DNA from: Methanococcus maripaludis
GTDB taxonomy: Archaea > AGJL01 > Methanococci > Methanococcales > Methanococcaceae
DNA: 32,000 bases
Assembly (NCBI RefSeq): GCF_002945325.1
Contig: NZ_CP026606.1
Span: forward strand, 1,080,001-1,112,000
Direction: 5' to 3'
Shown: positions 1 through 8,092 of the stretch, piece after piece
Position numbering within the stretch: the stretch's first letter is position 1
Layout of the letters: every line of letters begins with the position of its first letter
Notes under the pieces: model-generated
What the model saw: the letters and a program-made list of their open reading frames with translations, nothing else
Database searches by the model: none
What the model was told of the DNA's origin: nothing
Program-made: the position numbers and the translations under genes

Positions 1-906
1 TATCCCGAATACTTAAAAAATGCAATTAATACGCTTGTTGAATTTACAAGTTCGAGCGATAAATATACTAAAATATATTCGCTTTTAGCGCTGAATAAAT
101 TAAGCTACACGGAACCACTTAAATTTGAAAATTTAAACATAAATCCATTATTGGATGAAGATCCTGATGTCATTTATCCTTCAATCACGCTTCTTTACAA
201 TTTATCAAAATACAGCCCGAAAGTTACTACAAGACACTATAAAAAAGTCTGTGTATTGATGAACAATCCTGATAAATACATTTCAAAGCAGGCTCTTCGA
301 ATTGTCGGTAATCTTGGAAAATACGATCAAAAGTACATTAACAGATATATTAATAATGTAAGATTGAAACTTTCAGACGAAGAACTTTCAAAAGAAGCAA
401 CGATCGCAATGGTAAAATCCGGCTACATTGAGAAAAAGAATCTTGAAATAATTTTAAAGGCTGCAGACAAGGCTAAATATAATATGGAGTTTTTAAGAGA
501 AATAATTGAAGAATATCCAAAAGAACTTCTTTCATCCCTTGAAAAAGAGTTATTTAATTTAAAAAGAACGTGGAATCAAGAATATATCAATGAACTCTGT
601 TATTCTATAAATGAGAGATTATCATTAAATGATCCAGATTTTACGAATATAAAATTGGAAAGACCTGAAATTGAAGAACCTCCCGTAATTGTTGCTTTAA
701 AATCAGAGTGCACAGAAGTAGAACTTGAAGATGGAAAACAGGTTTATATTTTAGATAAAAGCAAATGCATTGAAACTTCGCTTTCGGGGGACCTTTTAGA
801 ACTTTTAGATGTGGAAAATAAAAATGAATTCGATATTTACAAATTATCGCACGATTTAATGATTCAATCATTAATCGAATCTGCAATAAATGAGCCAAAA
901 AGATAG
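1..906 (+). CDS. HEAT/ARM-like alpha-helical repeat protein, C-terminal part (gene starts upstream of window)
   Basis: Frame 1 is open from base 1 (YPEYLKNAINTLVEFTSSSDKY...) to the TAG at 904-906, so the track start at 151 (TTG) is internal. Units such as LLDEDPDVIYPSITLLYNLSKY and LMNNPDKYISKQALRIVGNLGKY resemble HEAT repeats. Confidence 0.55.
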   Translation, partial: YPEYLKNAINTLVEFTSSSDKYTKIYSLLALNKLSYTEPLKFENLNINPLLDEDPDVIYPSITLLYNLSKYSPKVTTRHYKKVCVLMNNPDKYISKQALRIVGNLGKYDQKYINRYINNVRLKLSDEELSKEATIAMVKSGYIEKKNLEIILKAADKAKYNMEFLREIIEEYPKELLSSLEKELFNLKRTWNQEYINELCYSINERLSLNDPDFTNIKLERPEIEEPPVIVALKSECTEVELEDGKQVYILDKSKCIETSLSGDLLELLDVENKNEFDIYKLSHDLMIQSLIESAINEPKR

Positions 907-937
907 ATATTTTATTTTAATTTTTTACTTTTTTAAA

Positions 938-1834
938 TTATTCACATTTTACAATAACTAATGGGCTGTGTTCCATCTCTTTTAAAACATCAACAGTTAT
1001 TTCAAAAGTGTTGTATTTTTTCATTAAATCATGAATTGACTTTGTATATGGGACTTGAGACGTATCTGATAGATTTGCAATGTATAGAATCGTTTTTAAG
1101 GGATATTTTTTGTAATTCTCATTTCCCACAATTGCAAGCGGGGTTGCACCACAAAGGCCGCCCTGTTTTAATATTTTTCCAAATTTCCCTAAAATATATC
1201 CAAAAACACCTATTTTTGAAATTATTCCATCAATTGCAATTGGAAGTGCTGTAACGTACCAGTTAAAAAACCTGTATGTTGCATCTGTATCGATTACCAT
1301 AACCGTTAAATCGAGATTCAGTTCTTCCTTTATTTTTTTATGGAGTTTTTTTGCAGAATTTTCAGGTTTTTCTGGAAGGAGGGATGCATAAGTACCCGGA
1401 ACGTTTGTTAAGTCAATTCCGCCTTCTGATGCAGGTTTTAGTGCGTATATTAACCCTACATTTTCAATTACTATTTGTTTGTGTTTTAGTGTTTCCGTCT
1501 TTGGCATTTTTCTTAAATTTTTAACCCTGTCGCCCCTAGTACCTAAAAGAGGGCCTAATACATATCCCCAGCCGTATTTTGATAGATAATATGTAAAATA
1601 TGCCCAGAATTTAGGATTCGCCAAACTTTCATCTACGAAGTTGTCTTCGCTTGTAGCTATGAATTTTTCACTGACGACTAAAAAATCCCCGTTTTTTATT
1701 TCAAATCCGTTTTCAATTTCATTTTTTAAAGAATTGATGGATTCTGATACAAAATCTTCGTTTCTATCGATATATCTGGTTCTTATCGGTGTTGCATTTA
1801 TTTCCATTTTTTCACGAATTAAAACTATCTCCAT
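938..1834 (-). CDS. CofE-family (F420-0:gamma-glutamyl ligase-like) protein, long paralog
   Basis: The block ASEGGIDLTNVPGTYASLLPEKPENSAKKLHKKIKEELNLDLTVMVIDTD and the N-terminal IKNGDFLVVSEKFIATSE match the F420-ligase fold signature as I remember it. The start is ambiguous between ATG 1834 and ATG 1807. A TATA-like AATATAAAAATA lies immediately upstream. Confidence 0.55.
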   Translation of the reverse strand: MEIVLIREKMEINATPIRTRYIDRNEDFVSESINSLKNEIENGFEIKNGDFLVVSEKFIATSEDNFVDESLANPKFWAYFTYYLSKYGWGYVLGPLLGTRGDRVKNLRKMPKTETLKHKQIVIENVGLIYALKPASEGGIDLTNVPGTYASLLPEKPENSAKKLHKKIKEELNLDLTVMVIDTDATYRFFNWYVTALPIAIDGIISKIGVFGYILGKFGKILKQGGLCGATPLAIVGNENYKKYPLKTILYIANLSDTSQVPYTKSIHDLMKKYNTFEITVDVLKEMEHSPLVIVKCE

Positions 1835-1884
1835 TATTTTTATATTTTGGTACTCTATAATTAGTAAGGAAAAAGGTGAAAATT

Positions 1885-3090
1885 ATGCATCTAACGAGAG
1901 AAGAGGAAAAATTGTATGCAGGAGAATACGGGGAAGCCCTAGAAACCTGCATGAACTTACTTGTGTCATTAGGCGATATTTACGGAGCAGAAAAACTGGT
2001 AGATATATCTTCTGCACAGGTTTCCGGAGTTTCTTACAAAACTATCGGTGAAAAGGGACTGGAATTTTTAAAAGACCTTGCAGATCAGGGTTTAAAGGCA
2101 ACAGTTCCAACAACGTTAAATCCTGCTGGAATGGATTTGATAAGGTACGATGAACTCAAATTCCCAAAGGATTTTGCAAAAAAACAGCTCGAAATAATTG
2201 ACTGTTTTAAAAGAATGGAAATTGAAATCAGCTGTACATGTACGCCTTATTTAACTGGAAATGTTCCAATGTTTGGTTCACACGTTGCATGGGCAGAGTC
2301 TTCTGCAGTAGCTTATGTAAATTCAGTAATCGGTGCAAGAACCAACAGGGAGGGCGGACCTTCAGCATTAGCAGCTGCAATCATTGGAAAAACACCATGT
2401 TACGGATACCATTTGGATGAAAACAGGCTTCCAACACAAGTTTTTGAAGTTGATATGGAACTTGAAGATGCAAGTTCATTTTACGGAATTTTGGGAAGAA
2501 TTACGGGAAAAATTGTAAAAAACGGAATTCCATACTTCAAATTTAAAAATTGTGAATCAGTTAAAAATGATTATTTAAAAGCACTTGGAGCCGCACTTGC
2601 AGCAAGCGGCGGTGTTGCATTATACCACGTTGAAGGAATAACTCCCGAAGCAAAAAAAGGACTGGAAATAACAGGTCTTGAAAAAGTAGTTATCGGAAAA
2701 GACGATTTTGAAAAAGAATATGATTCTTTCAAAACTTCAGAAAAACCAGATTTAATTTGTATCGGATGTCCACACTGCAGTCTTGATGAAATCAAAGAAG
2801 TTGCAGAGTTTGTAAAAGCTGAAAATGCAAAATTCAATGCAGAAGTTTGGGTTTGTACATCAATTCACATGAAATCGATTGCTGACAGGATGGGATATAC
2901 GAAAATTATTGAAGATGCTGGCGGAAAAGTAGTTGTTGACACGTGTATGGTCGTAGCTCCGATTGAAGACATGGGATACAAAAACGTTGCAACGAATTCT
3001 GGAAAAGCTGCAACGTATCTGCCGGGTTTTTGCAAAAGCAACGTGATATACGGAACAACTTATGAAATTTTGAAAAAAGCAACTGAATAA
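1885..3090 (+). CDS. Aconitase-X (DUF521) catalytic subunit; in archaea this is the phosphomevalonate dehydratase large subunit
   Basis: The N-terminus [18 protein letters not shown] and overall length fit the AcnX large subunit. The track start 1876 is a GTG inside the RBS AAGGTGA (1874-1880). ATG 1885 follows it at proper spacing. Confidence 0.7.
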   Translation: MHLTREEEKLYAGEYGEALETCMNLLVSLGDIYGAEKLVDISSAQVSGVSYKTIGEKGLEFLKDLADQGLKATVPTTLNPAGMDLIRYDELKFPKDFAKKQLEIIDCFKRMEIEISCTCTPYLTGNVPMFGSHVAWAESSAVAYVNSVIGARTNREGGPSALAAAIIGKTPCYGYHLDENRLPTQVFEVDMELEDASSFYGILGRITGKIVKNGIPYFKFKNCESVKNDYLKALGAALAASGGVALYHVEGITPEAKKGLEITGLEKVVIGKDDFEKEYDSFKTSEKPDLICIGCPHCSLDEIKEVAEFVKAENAKFNAEVWVCTSIHMKSIADRMGYTKIIEDAGGKVVVDTCMVVAPIEDMGYKNVATNSGKAATYLPGFCKSNVIYGTTYEILKKATE

Positions 3091-3119
3091 TTTATTAATT
3101 TTAATAAATCGGTGAAATA

Positions 3120-3884
3120 ATGAAAAAGATGATTATTGTTGGTGCGGGTCCTGGAGACAAGGAATTAATCACGATAAAAGGAAAAAATGCAATTGAAAGT
3201 GCAGATATCTTAATTTATGCAGGTTCGTTAGTAAATCCGGAAGTTTTAGATTACAACAAAAAGGATGCAAAAATCTACAACAGTGCAACGATGACACTCG
3301 ATGAAGTAATCGAAGTTGCAGTAAACGGAATTAAAAACGGATTAACTGTTGTAAGGGTTCATACTGGAGACCCTGCACTTTACGGTGCGATAAAAGAGCA
3401 GATCGATGAATTGAAAAAATATGAAATCGATGTAGAAATAATTCCAGGAGTAACTTCCCTTTTTGCAGCAGCGGCAACTTTAAAATCAGAATTAACGCTT
3501 CCTGATGTATCACAAACAGTAATAATTACACGGCCTGAAGGAAGAACTCCAAAACCTGCAAAAGAAAGTTTAATCGCGCTTGCAAAACACAACGCTACAA
3601 TGGCAATTTATTTGGGAACAGGAATGATAGAAAAAGTATGTAAGGAGCTAATTGAAGGTGGATATCCGGAAAACACTGCGGTTTCAGTGGTATATCATGC
3701 ATCATGGCCTGACGAGAAAAAAATTACTGGAACACTAAAAGACATATCTGAAAAAGTAAAAGGCGAAGGAATTACAAAAACAGCACTTATAATCGTTGGA
3801 AATGTAACAAATCCTGACAGTTATGATTATTCAAAACTTTACGACAAAGACTTTGAACACGAATTTAGAAAACCTAAAAATTAA
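3120..3884 (+). CDS. cbiF: Cobalt-precorrin-4 C11-methyltransferase
   Basis: IIVGAGPGDKELITIKG, VRVHTGDPALYGAI, IPGVTSLFAAAA and ITRPEGRTP are collinear with CbiF/CobM. The RBS GGTGA precedes the ATG. Confidence 0.85.
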   Translation: MKKMIIVGAGPGDKELITIKGKNAIESADILIYAGSLVNPEVLDYNKKDAKIYNSATMTLDEVIEVAVNGIKNGLTVVRVHTGDPALYGAIKEQIDELKKYEIDVEIIPGVTSLFAAAATLKSELTLPDVSQTVIITRPEGRTPKPAKESLIALAKHNATMAIYLGTGMIEKVCKELIEGGYPENTAVSVVYHASWPDEKKITGTLKDISEKVKGEGITKTALIIVGNVTNPDSYDYSKLYDKDFEHEFRKPKN

Positions 3885-4081
3885 AGATTTAATTCTTCTA
3901 TTTTTTCCATTAAAATTTTTAAATCAGTTTTTTTTGCAACGTTCTGCTCATTACCTATTAATTCAGTTAATTTTATTTTTAATTCTTCAATATTTTCCGA
4001 TTCTTCAATTAATTCTCTTATATATTCCATATTTTGAACATAAGGCGCAGTTTCCATTACTAATTCTCTATTTTCCATCAT
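3881..4081 (-). CDS. Small (66 aa) coiled-coil protein, function unknown
   Basis: The minus strand reads AAAAGGTGAAA-ATG-ATG at 4081, a strong RBS. The product MMENRELVMETAPYVQNMEYIRELIEESENIEELKIKLTELIG... is heptad-like. The track start 4156 lies inside the upstream gene. Confidence 0.4.
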   Translation of the reverse strand: MMENRELVMETAPYVQNMEYIRELIEESENIEELKIKLTELIGNEQNVAKKTDLKILMEKIEELNL

Positions 4082-4427
4082 TTTCACCTTTTGTTTTTTT
4101 ATCGTATCTTTCATTAATTGCAATTTCTGAAACAATTGTTGTAATTTCTCTTTCAAGGTGTTCTGTCCTTAAATATGATTTGTAAACTAAGAAAAACAGA
4201 ATTATAATTCCAAAATACACTAAAACGTCAATACCTCTTCCTACACCCAGACTGTTTGCAATTTTTCCAAGAAAATTTGGAAAACTTACCATTAACATTA
4301 CAAAAATCCATCCTAAAATCCATATAACTGCAGTAAATGGTGAAATAGCACTTTTTTTAGCCTGGACTGCAACTTTTAAAATAACAATTAATCCAACGAT
4401 AATCCCGATAATTTGAACAGGTTCCAT
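4068..4427 (-). CDS. Small integral membrane protein (DUF2304-like, 3-4 TM helices)
   Basis: Hydrophobic helices IIGIIVGLIVILKV, VIWILGWIFVMLMV and VLVYFGIIILFFLVY are followed by a charged tail. The RBS GAGGTG contains the track GTG start. ATG 4427 is the likely start. Confidence 0.5.
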   Translation of the reverse strand: MEPVQIIGIIVGLIVILKVAVQAKKSAISPFTAVIWILGWIFVMLMVSFPNFLGKIANSLGVGRGIDVLVYFGIIILFFLVYKSYLRTEHLEREITTIVSEIAINERYDKKTKGENDGK

Positions 4428-4464
4428 CAACACACCTCGTCTGCATATATACTTTACACCATAA

Positions 4465-4476
4465 TTTTATATATAT
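4465..4476 (+). promoter_or_regulatory. TATA box candidate for pyrB
   Basis: TTTTATATATAT lies about 37-48 bp upstream of ATG 4513. A start about 25 bp downstream would leave a short leader carrying the RBS GGTGG (4504-4508). Confidence 0.4.
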
Positions 4477-4494
4477 TTAATTTATAACTAATGA

Positions 4495-5421
<927 letters not shown>

Positions 5422-5579
5422 TTAAATTATTATTCTTATTTAACCTATTTTAAAATGCAGTTAATTTTTTATACTATCATATCAATCACATATTATACTC
5501 GCATACTCTCTCAAAAAACTTATTATATAAGGAAAAACTTCGATTTTTTTTTAAAAATAAACACAAATAAGGTGTAAAC

Positions 5580-5966
5580 ATGGCAATTTGGCAAGGAGCA
5601 AGCAGAAGACTCTCAACAGGAGCTAAAGTTTGGAGAGCTGCAAAAAAACATAAAAGAGAAATGGGAAGACCTGCAGCAGAAACACAAGTTTCAGAAGTAA
5701 TCAAAAGAAAAATTGTAAGATGCAGAGGCGCAAACTTAAAAGTTAAGTTGGAAAAAACAAACTATGCAAACGTCTTTGATCAAGCAAACAAAGTTTGTAA
5801 AAAAGTTGCAGTAACAAATGTTATCGACAACAAAGCAAACAAACACTACATCAGAAGAAATGTTATGACAAAAGGCGCAATCATCGAAACAGAAATGGGT
5901 AAAGCAAAAGTTACCTCAAGACCTGGACAAGATGGTGTTGTAAACGCTGTTTTATTAACAGAATAA
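5580..5966 (+). CDS. rps8e: 30S ribosomal protein S8e
   Basis: The MAIWQGASRRLSTGAKV... N-terminus is typical of S8e. The RBS AAGGTG is at 5569-5574 and a TATA-like TATTATATAA is at 5521-5530. Confidence 0.9.
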   Translation: MAIWQGASRRLSTGAKVWRAAKKHKREMGRPAAETQVSEVIKRKIVRCRGANLKVKLEKTNYANVFDQANKVCKKVAVTNVIDNKANKHYIRRNVMTKGAIIETEMGKAKVTSRPGQDGVVNAVLLTE

Positions 5967-5971
5967 TTCTC

Positions 5972-5991
5972 TTTTTTTATTTTAAAAAAAA
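5972..5991. terminator. Bidirectional oligo-T terminator region between convergent rps8e and the BpsA-like gene
   Basis: A T7 run on the plus strand (5972-5978) lies just after the rps8e stop. An A8 run (5984-5991) reads as T8 on the minus strand downstream of the gene ending at 6013. Confidence 0.4.
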
Positions 5992-6012
5992 TTAAAATTT
6001 TAATTTTCAAAT

Positions 6013-7185
6013 TTATTTTTGTTTTACTTTAGCTCTTTTAATCATCGAAAATTTTTTTCCACCGCATTCGCAGGTTAAATCTTCGATTCTTTTTACATTA
6101 TTTCCCACTTCATGGATTTTTTTACAATTCATGCATTGGTAGTATCTTAAAGTTGGTTTTAATTCTCCAGTGTATATTTTTTCAGAATTAACTTCTATTT
6201 TTTTCAAATTTTTACCAACAAGTCTTGCCAAAAATGTAGTGTTTCCAATAATTTCGGTTCCTTCATAGAAATTAAATCCAGGAATCAATTCGTAAATTAA
6301 AAAGTTCATATTGTTGATTGATTTTTGAAGTTCAATGTATTCTTCTACAGGCTTGTGAGAGAATGCAAGATACAATATTCCGTTATCTCCGAGTGCTTCG
6401 ATGCCCCTTGACATGAAAAGCACTGCGCCGTTTAGTGTATATGGTGGATCGGTAAATATTGTATCAAATTTATTTACAAATTCACTTGGAAGTTCATTTT
6501 TAAAGTCCCATTTTACAGTTCTAATGTTTAAATTCTCTTTTTTAGAAACTTCTGAAATTAATTTCAAAAGTCTATCATCAATATCTAAAACAACAACTTC
6601 ACTGCAAAGCCCTGTCATCGCAGTTGGAATTGATGCAAGGTCATCGTCACCTACAAATAAAACTCTTTTTCCTTCCAAATCTCCCCTATCCGCCATTATT
6701 GCAGCTCTTGCAGTGGCGGTTTCAGGCGTTGCAAAAGACTGGTCAATCATTGTGTTTACTTGCGGTCTTAATTTAGCGTAAGTTTTGTGCTTTTTCAATA
6801 TCTTTTCAAATTTTTCATCAAACACGATATTTCGCCCACTGCATACTGGACATTTCATGTCAGATTTAAGCTTAAGTCCAAGTTCATTTTCAACAAAATC
6901 AATACCTTTTTTTGAAAGCACAGCTCCTTTATCATCTCTTTTTAAGAGCGATTCTCTTTCAAGAATTGATCTAACTTTAGATACAATTGGGAGGGGCAGT
7001 TTTACATACTGACCAATCTTTTTTGTTGAAATTGGCTGATTTCTATATATGCATCTTAAAATATCTTCAACAGCTCTTTCCCCTTCTGAAACTTTCACGT
7101 TTTTTGCAATACGCTTCAAAAATGATTTTTTAGCGTCAATTTTTAAGTTTTCCGTTTTTTTACCCATGCTTCCGATAATCTTCAT
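6013..7185 (-). CDS. BpsA/DUF43-family aminopropyltransferase-like protein with N-terminal wHTH and C-terminal zinc ribbon
   Basis: The core IDQSFATPETATARAAIMADRGDLEGKRVLFVGDDDLASIP and FTDPPYT match the branched-polyamine synthase (DUF43) family. The N-terminus ILRCIYRNQPISTKKIGQYVKLPLPIVSKVRSILERESLLKRDDKG looks like a winged helix. The C-terminus carries CMNC...CECGG. The RBS GGTGG precedes ATG 7185. Confidence 0.6.
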   Translation of the reverse strand: MKIIGSMGKKTENLKIDAKKSFLKRIAKNVKVSEGERAVEDILRCIYRNQPISTKKIGQYVKLPLPIVSKVRSILERESLLKRDDKGAVLSKKGIDFVENELGLKLKSDMKCPVCSGRNIVFDEKFEKILKKHKTYAKLRPQVNTMIDQSFATPETATARAAIMADRGDLEGKRVLFVGDDDLASIPTAMTGLCSEVVVLDIDDRLLKLISEVSKKENLNIRTVKWDFKNELPSEFVNKFDTIFTDPPYTLNGAVLFMSRGIEALGDNGILYLAFSHKPVEEYIELQKSINNMNFLIYELIPGFNFYEGTEIIGNTTFLARLVGKNLKKIEVNSEKIYTGELKPTLRYYQCMNCKKIHEVGNNVKRIEDLTCECGGKKFSMIKRAKVKQK

Positions 7186-7307
7186 GAATCCACCAGTTTA
7201 TATTACAATAAAATAATAGTATCTTATTATTAAAAATAACATATTAAAAAATAACACATAAAACCGTATATTCAAATTAATAAATTAATATTCCCAAAAT
7301 AAAAACG

Positions 7308-7381
7308 TGCCAAGGGGGTGATTCGAACACCCGACAACTGGATCTTCAGTCCAGCGTTCTCCCAGGCTGAACTACCTTGGC
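7308..7381 (-). tRNA. tRNA-Phe (GAA)
   Basis: The reverse complement is GCCAAGGTAGTTCAGCCTGGGAGAACGCTGGACTGAAGATCCAGTTGTCGGGTGTTCGAATCACCCCCTTGGCA. All four stems pair. The anticodon loop is CTGAAGA. No CCA is encoded. Confidence 0.95.
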
Positions 7382-7419
7382 AATTTCCAGTTAAATCCAC
7401 AATTAAGCATATCTTTTAT

Positions 7420-7430
7420 GATATAAATAC
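7420..7430 (-). promoter_or_regulatory. TATA box candidate for tRNA-Phe
   Basis: The minus strand reads GTATTTATATC, about 40-50 bp upstream of the mature 5' end at 7381. Confidence 0.4.
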
Positions 7431-7444
7431 TTTACTACGAAAGG

Positions 7445-7452
7445 TTTATATA
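7445..7452 (+). promoter_or_regulatory. TATA box candidate for the plus-strand tRNA cluster
   Basis: A consensus TTTATATA lies 46 bp upstream of the tRNA-Asn 5' end. It is divergent from the tRNA-Phe promoter. Confidence 0.45.
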
Positions 7453-7497
7453 TCAGAATGTTGATTGTTATTGTGCGGTCAAGTAGTATGACAGCGA

Positions 7498-7574
7498 GCC
7501 TCCTTAGCTCAGTAGGTAGCAGCGACGGACTGTTAATCCGTAGGTCGCAGGTTCGAGCCCTGCAGGAGGCGCCA
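7498..7574 (+). tRNA. tRNA-Asn (GTT), CCA encoded
   Basis: GCCTCCT...ACGGA-CTGTTAA-TCCGT...GCAGG-TTCGAGC-CCTGC-AGGAGGC-G-CCA. The acceptor, anticodon and T stems pair. The D stem has one 13:22 mismatch. Confidence 0.93.
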
Positions 7575-7612
7575 TTTTTTCTAACAAATTATTCACTCTC
7601 AAGACCGGGTAC

Positions 7613-7687
7613 GGGCCCGTAGCTCAGGCTGGTTAGAGTGCTCGGCTCATAACCGAGTGGTCATGGGTTCAAATCCCATCGGGCCCA
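7613..7687 (+). tRNA. tRNA with CAT anticodon: Met by code, more likely archaeal tRNA-Ile2 (C34 to agmatidine)
   Basis: GGGCCCG-TA-GCTC-AGGCTGGTTA-GAGT-G-CTCGG-CTCATAA-CCGAG-TGGTC-ATGGG-TTCAAAT-CCCAT-CGGGCCC-A. The cloverleaf is clean. The GGGCCCG acceptor stem is the isoleucine-type stem in archaea, as far as I recall. Confidence 0.9.
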
Positions 7688-7701
7688 TATATTTGAAACA
7701 A

Positions 7702-7776
7702 GCTCCAGTGGTGTAGTCCGGCCAATCATCCGGCCCTTTCGAGGCCGGGACTCGGGTTCAAATCCCGGCTGGAGCA
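7702..7776 (+). tRNA. tRNA-Glu (TTC)
   Basis: GCTCCAG-TG-GTGTAGTCCGGCCAATCAT-C-CGGCC-CTTTCGA-GGCCG-...-TTCAAAT-...-CTGGAGC-A. This is the typical archaeal Glu D-arm. No CCA is encoded. Confidence 0.93.
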
Positions 7777-7789
7777 TTTTATTTTAAGT

Positions 7790-7874
7790 GCAGGGGTTGT
7801 CGAGCCTGGCCAAAGATGCAGGACTTAGAATCCTGTCCAGTAGTGGTTCCAGGGTTCAAATCCCTGCCCCTGCA
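7790..7874 (+). tRNA. tRNA-Leu (TAG), long variable arm
   Basis: GCAGGGG...CAGGA-CTTAGAA-TCCTG, then the variable arm TCCAGTAGTGGTT, then CCAGGG-TTCAAAT-CCCTG-CCCCTGC-A. Confidence 0.93.
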
Positions 7875-7902
7875 TTATAGTAATATTAAAAAACGATATT
7901 GT

Positions 7903-7978
7903 GGCCGTGGTAGGGTAGTGGCTATCCTGAGGGACTGTGGATCCCTCGACCCGGGTTCGATTCCCGGTCTCGGCCCCA
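7903..7978 (+). tRNA. tRNA-His (GTG) with encoded G-1 and CCA
   Basis: G(-1)-GCCGTGG...AGGGA-CTGTGGA-TCCCT...CCGGG-TTCGATT-CCCGG-TCTCGGC-C-CCA. G-1 sits opposite C73, the His identity feature. Confidence 0.9.
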
Positions 7979-7984
7979 TTTTTT
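7979..7984 (+). terminator. Oligo-T terminator after the tRNA cluster
   Basis: A TTTTTT run directly follows the tRNA-His 3' end, with further T tracts (TTTTATTTTA) downstream. Confidence 0.4.
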
Positions 7985-8092
7985 ATTTTAGGAAAATATA
8001 TTTGTTAATTTAAATATATAATTGATTATACAAATTTTTAAACAATGATTTACTATCCGTATTAACCACAATTTATAAAAAACGGTGAATTT

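Noticed and set aside
641-2051. ORFs 641-898(-), 961-1254(+) and 1641-2051(+)
   Set aside because: Each overlaps a longer ORF with recognisable family motifs on the opposite strand or frame. None has an RBS or a recognisable motif.
3823-4185. A 120-aa plus-strand ORF
   Set aside because: It is antisense to the coiled-coil and membrane-protein genes. Its Leu/Phe/Ile-rich product is typical of a shadow frame, and it has no RBS.
5422-5579. Possible small RNA (C/D box sRNA or other ncRNA) in intergenic spacers 5422-5579, 7186-7307, 21380-21684, 26890-27009 and 31663-31775
   Set aside because: These spacers have no RUGAUGA...CUGA box pairs and no stable GC-rich stems. They read as AT-rich promoter and terminator DNA.
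7816-8013. A 65-aa ORF in the track
   Set aside because: It lies entirely over the tRNA-Leu and tRNA-His genes. Its open frame results from GC-rich tRNA sequence, and it has no RBS.
7186-8092. Possible integrated element or genomic island at the tRNA cluster
   Set aside because: No integrase, no direct repeat of a tRNA 3' end and no phage- or plasmid-like gene lies next to the cluster. The flanking genes (BpsA-like, pdxT) are housekeeping.
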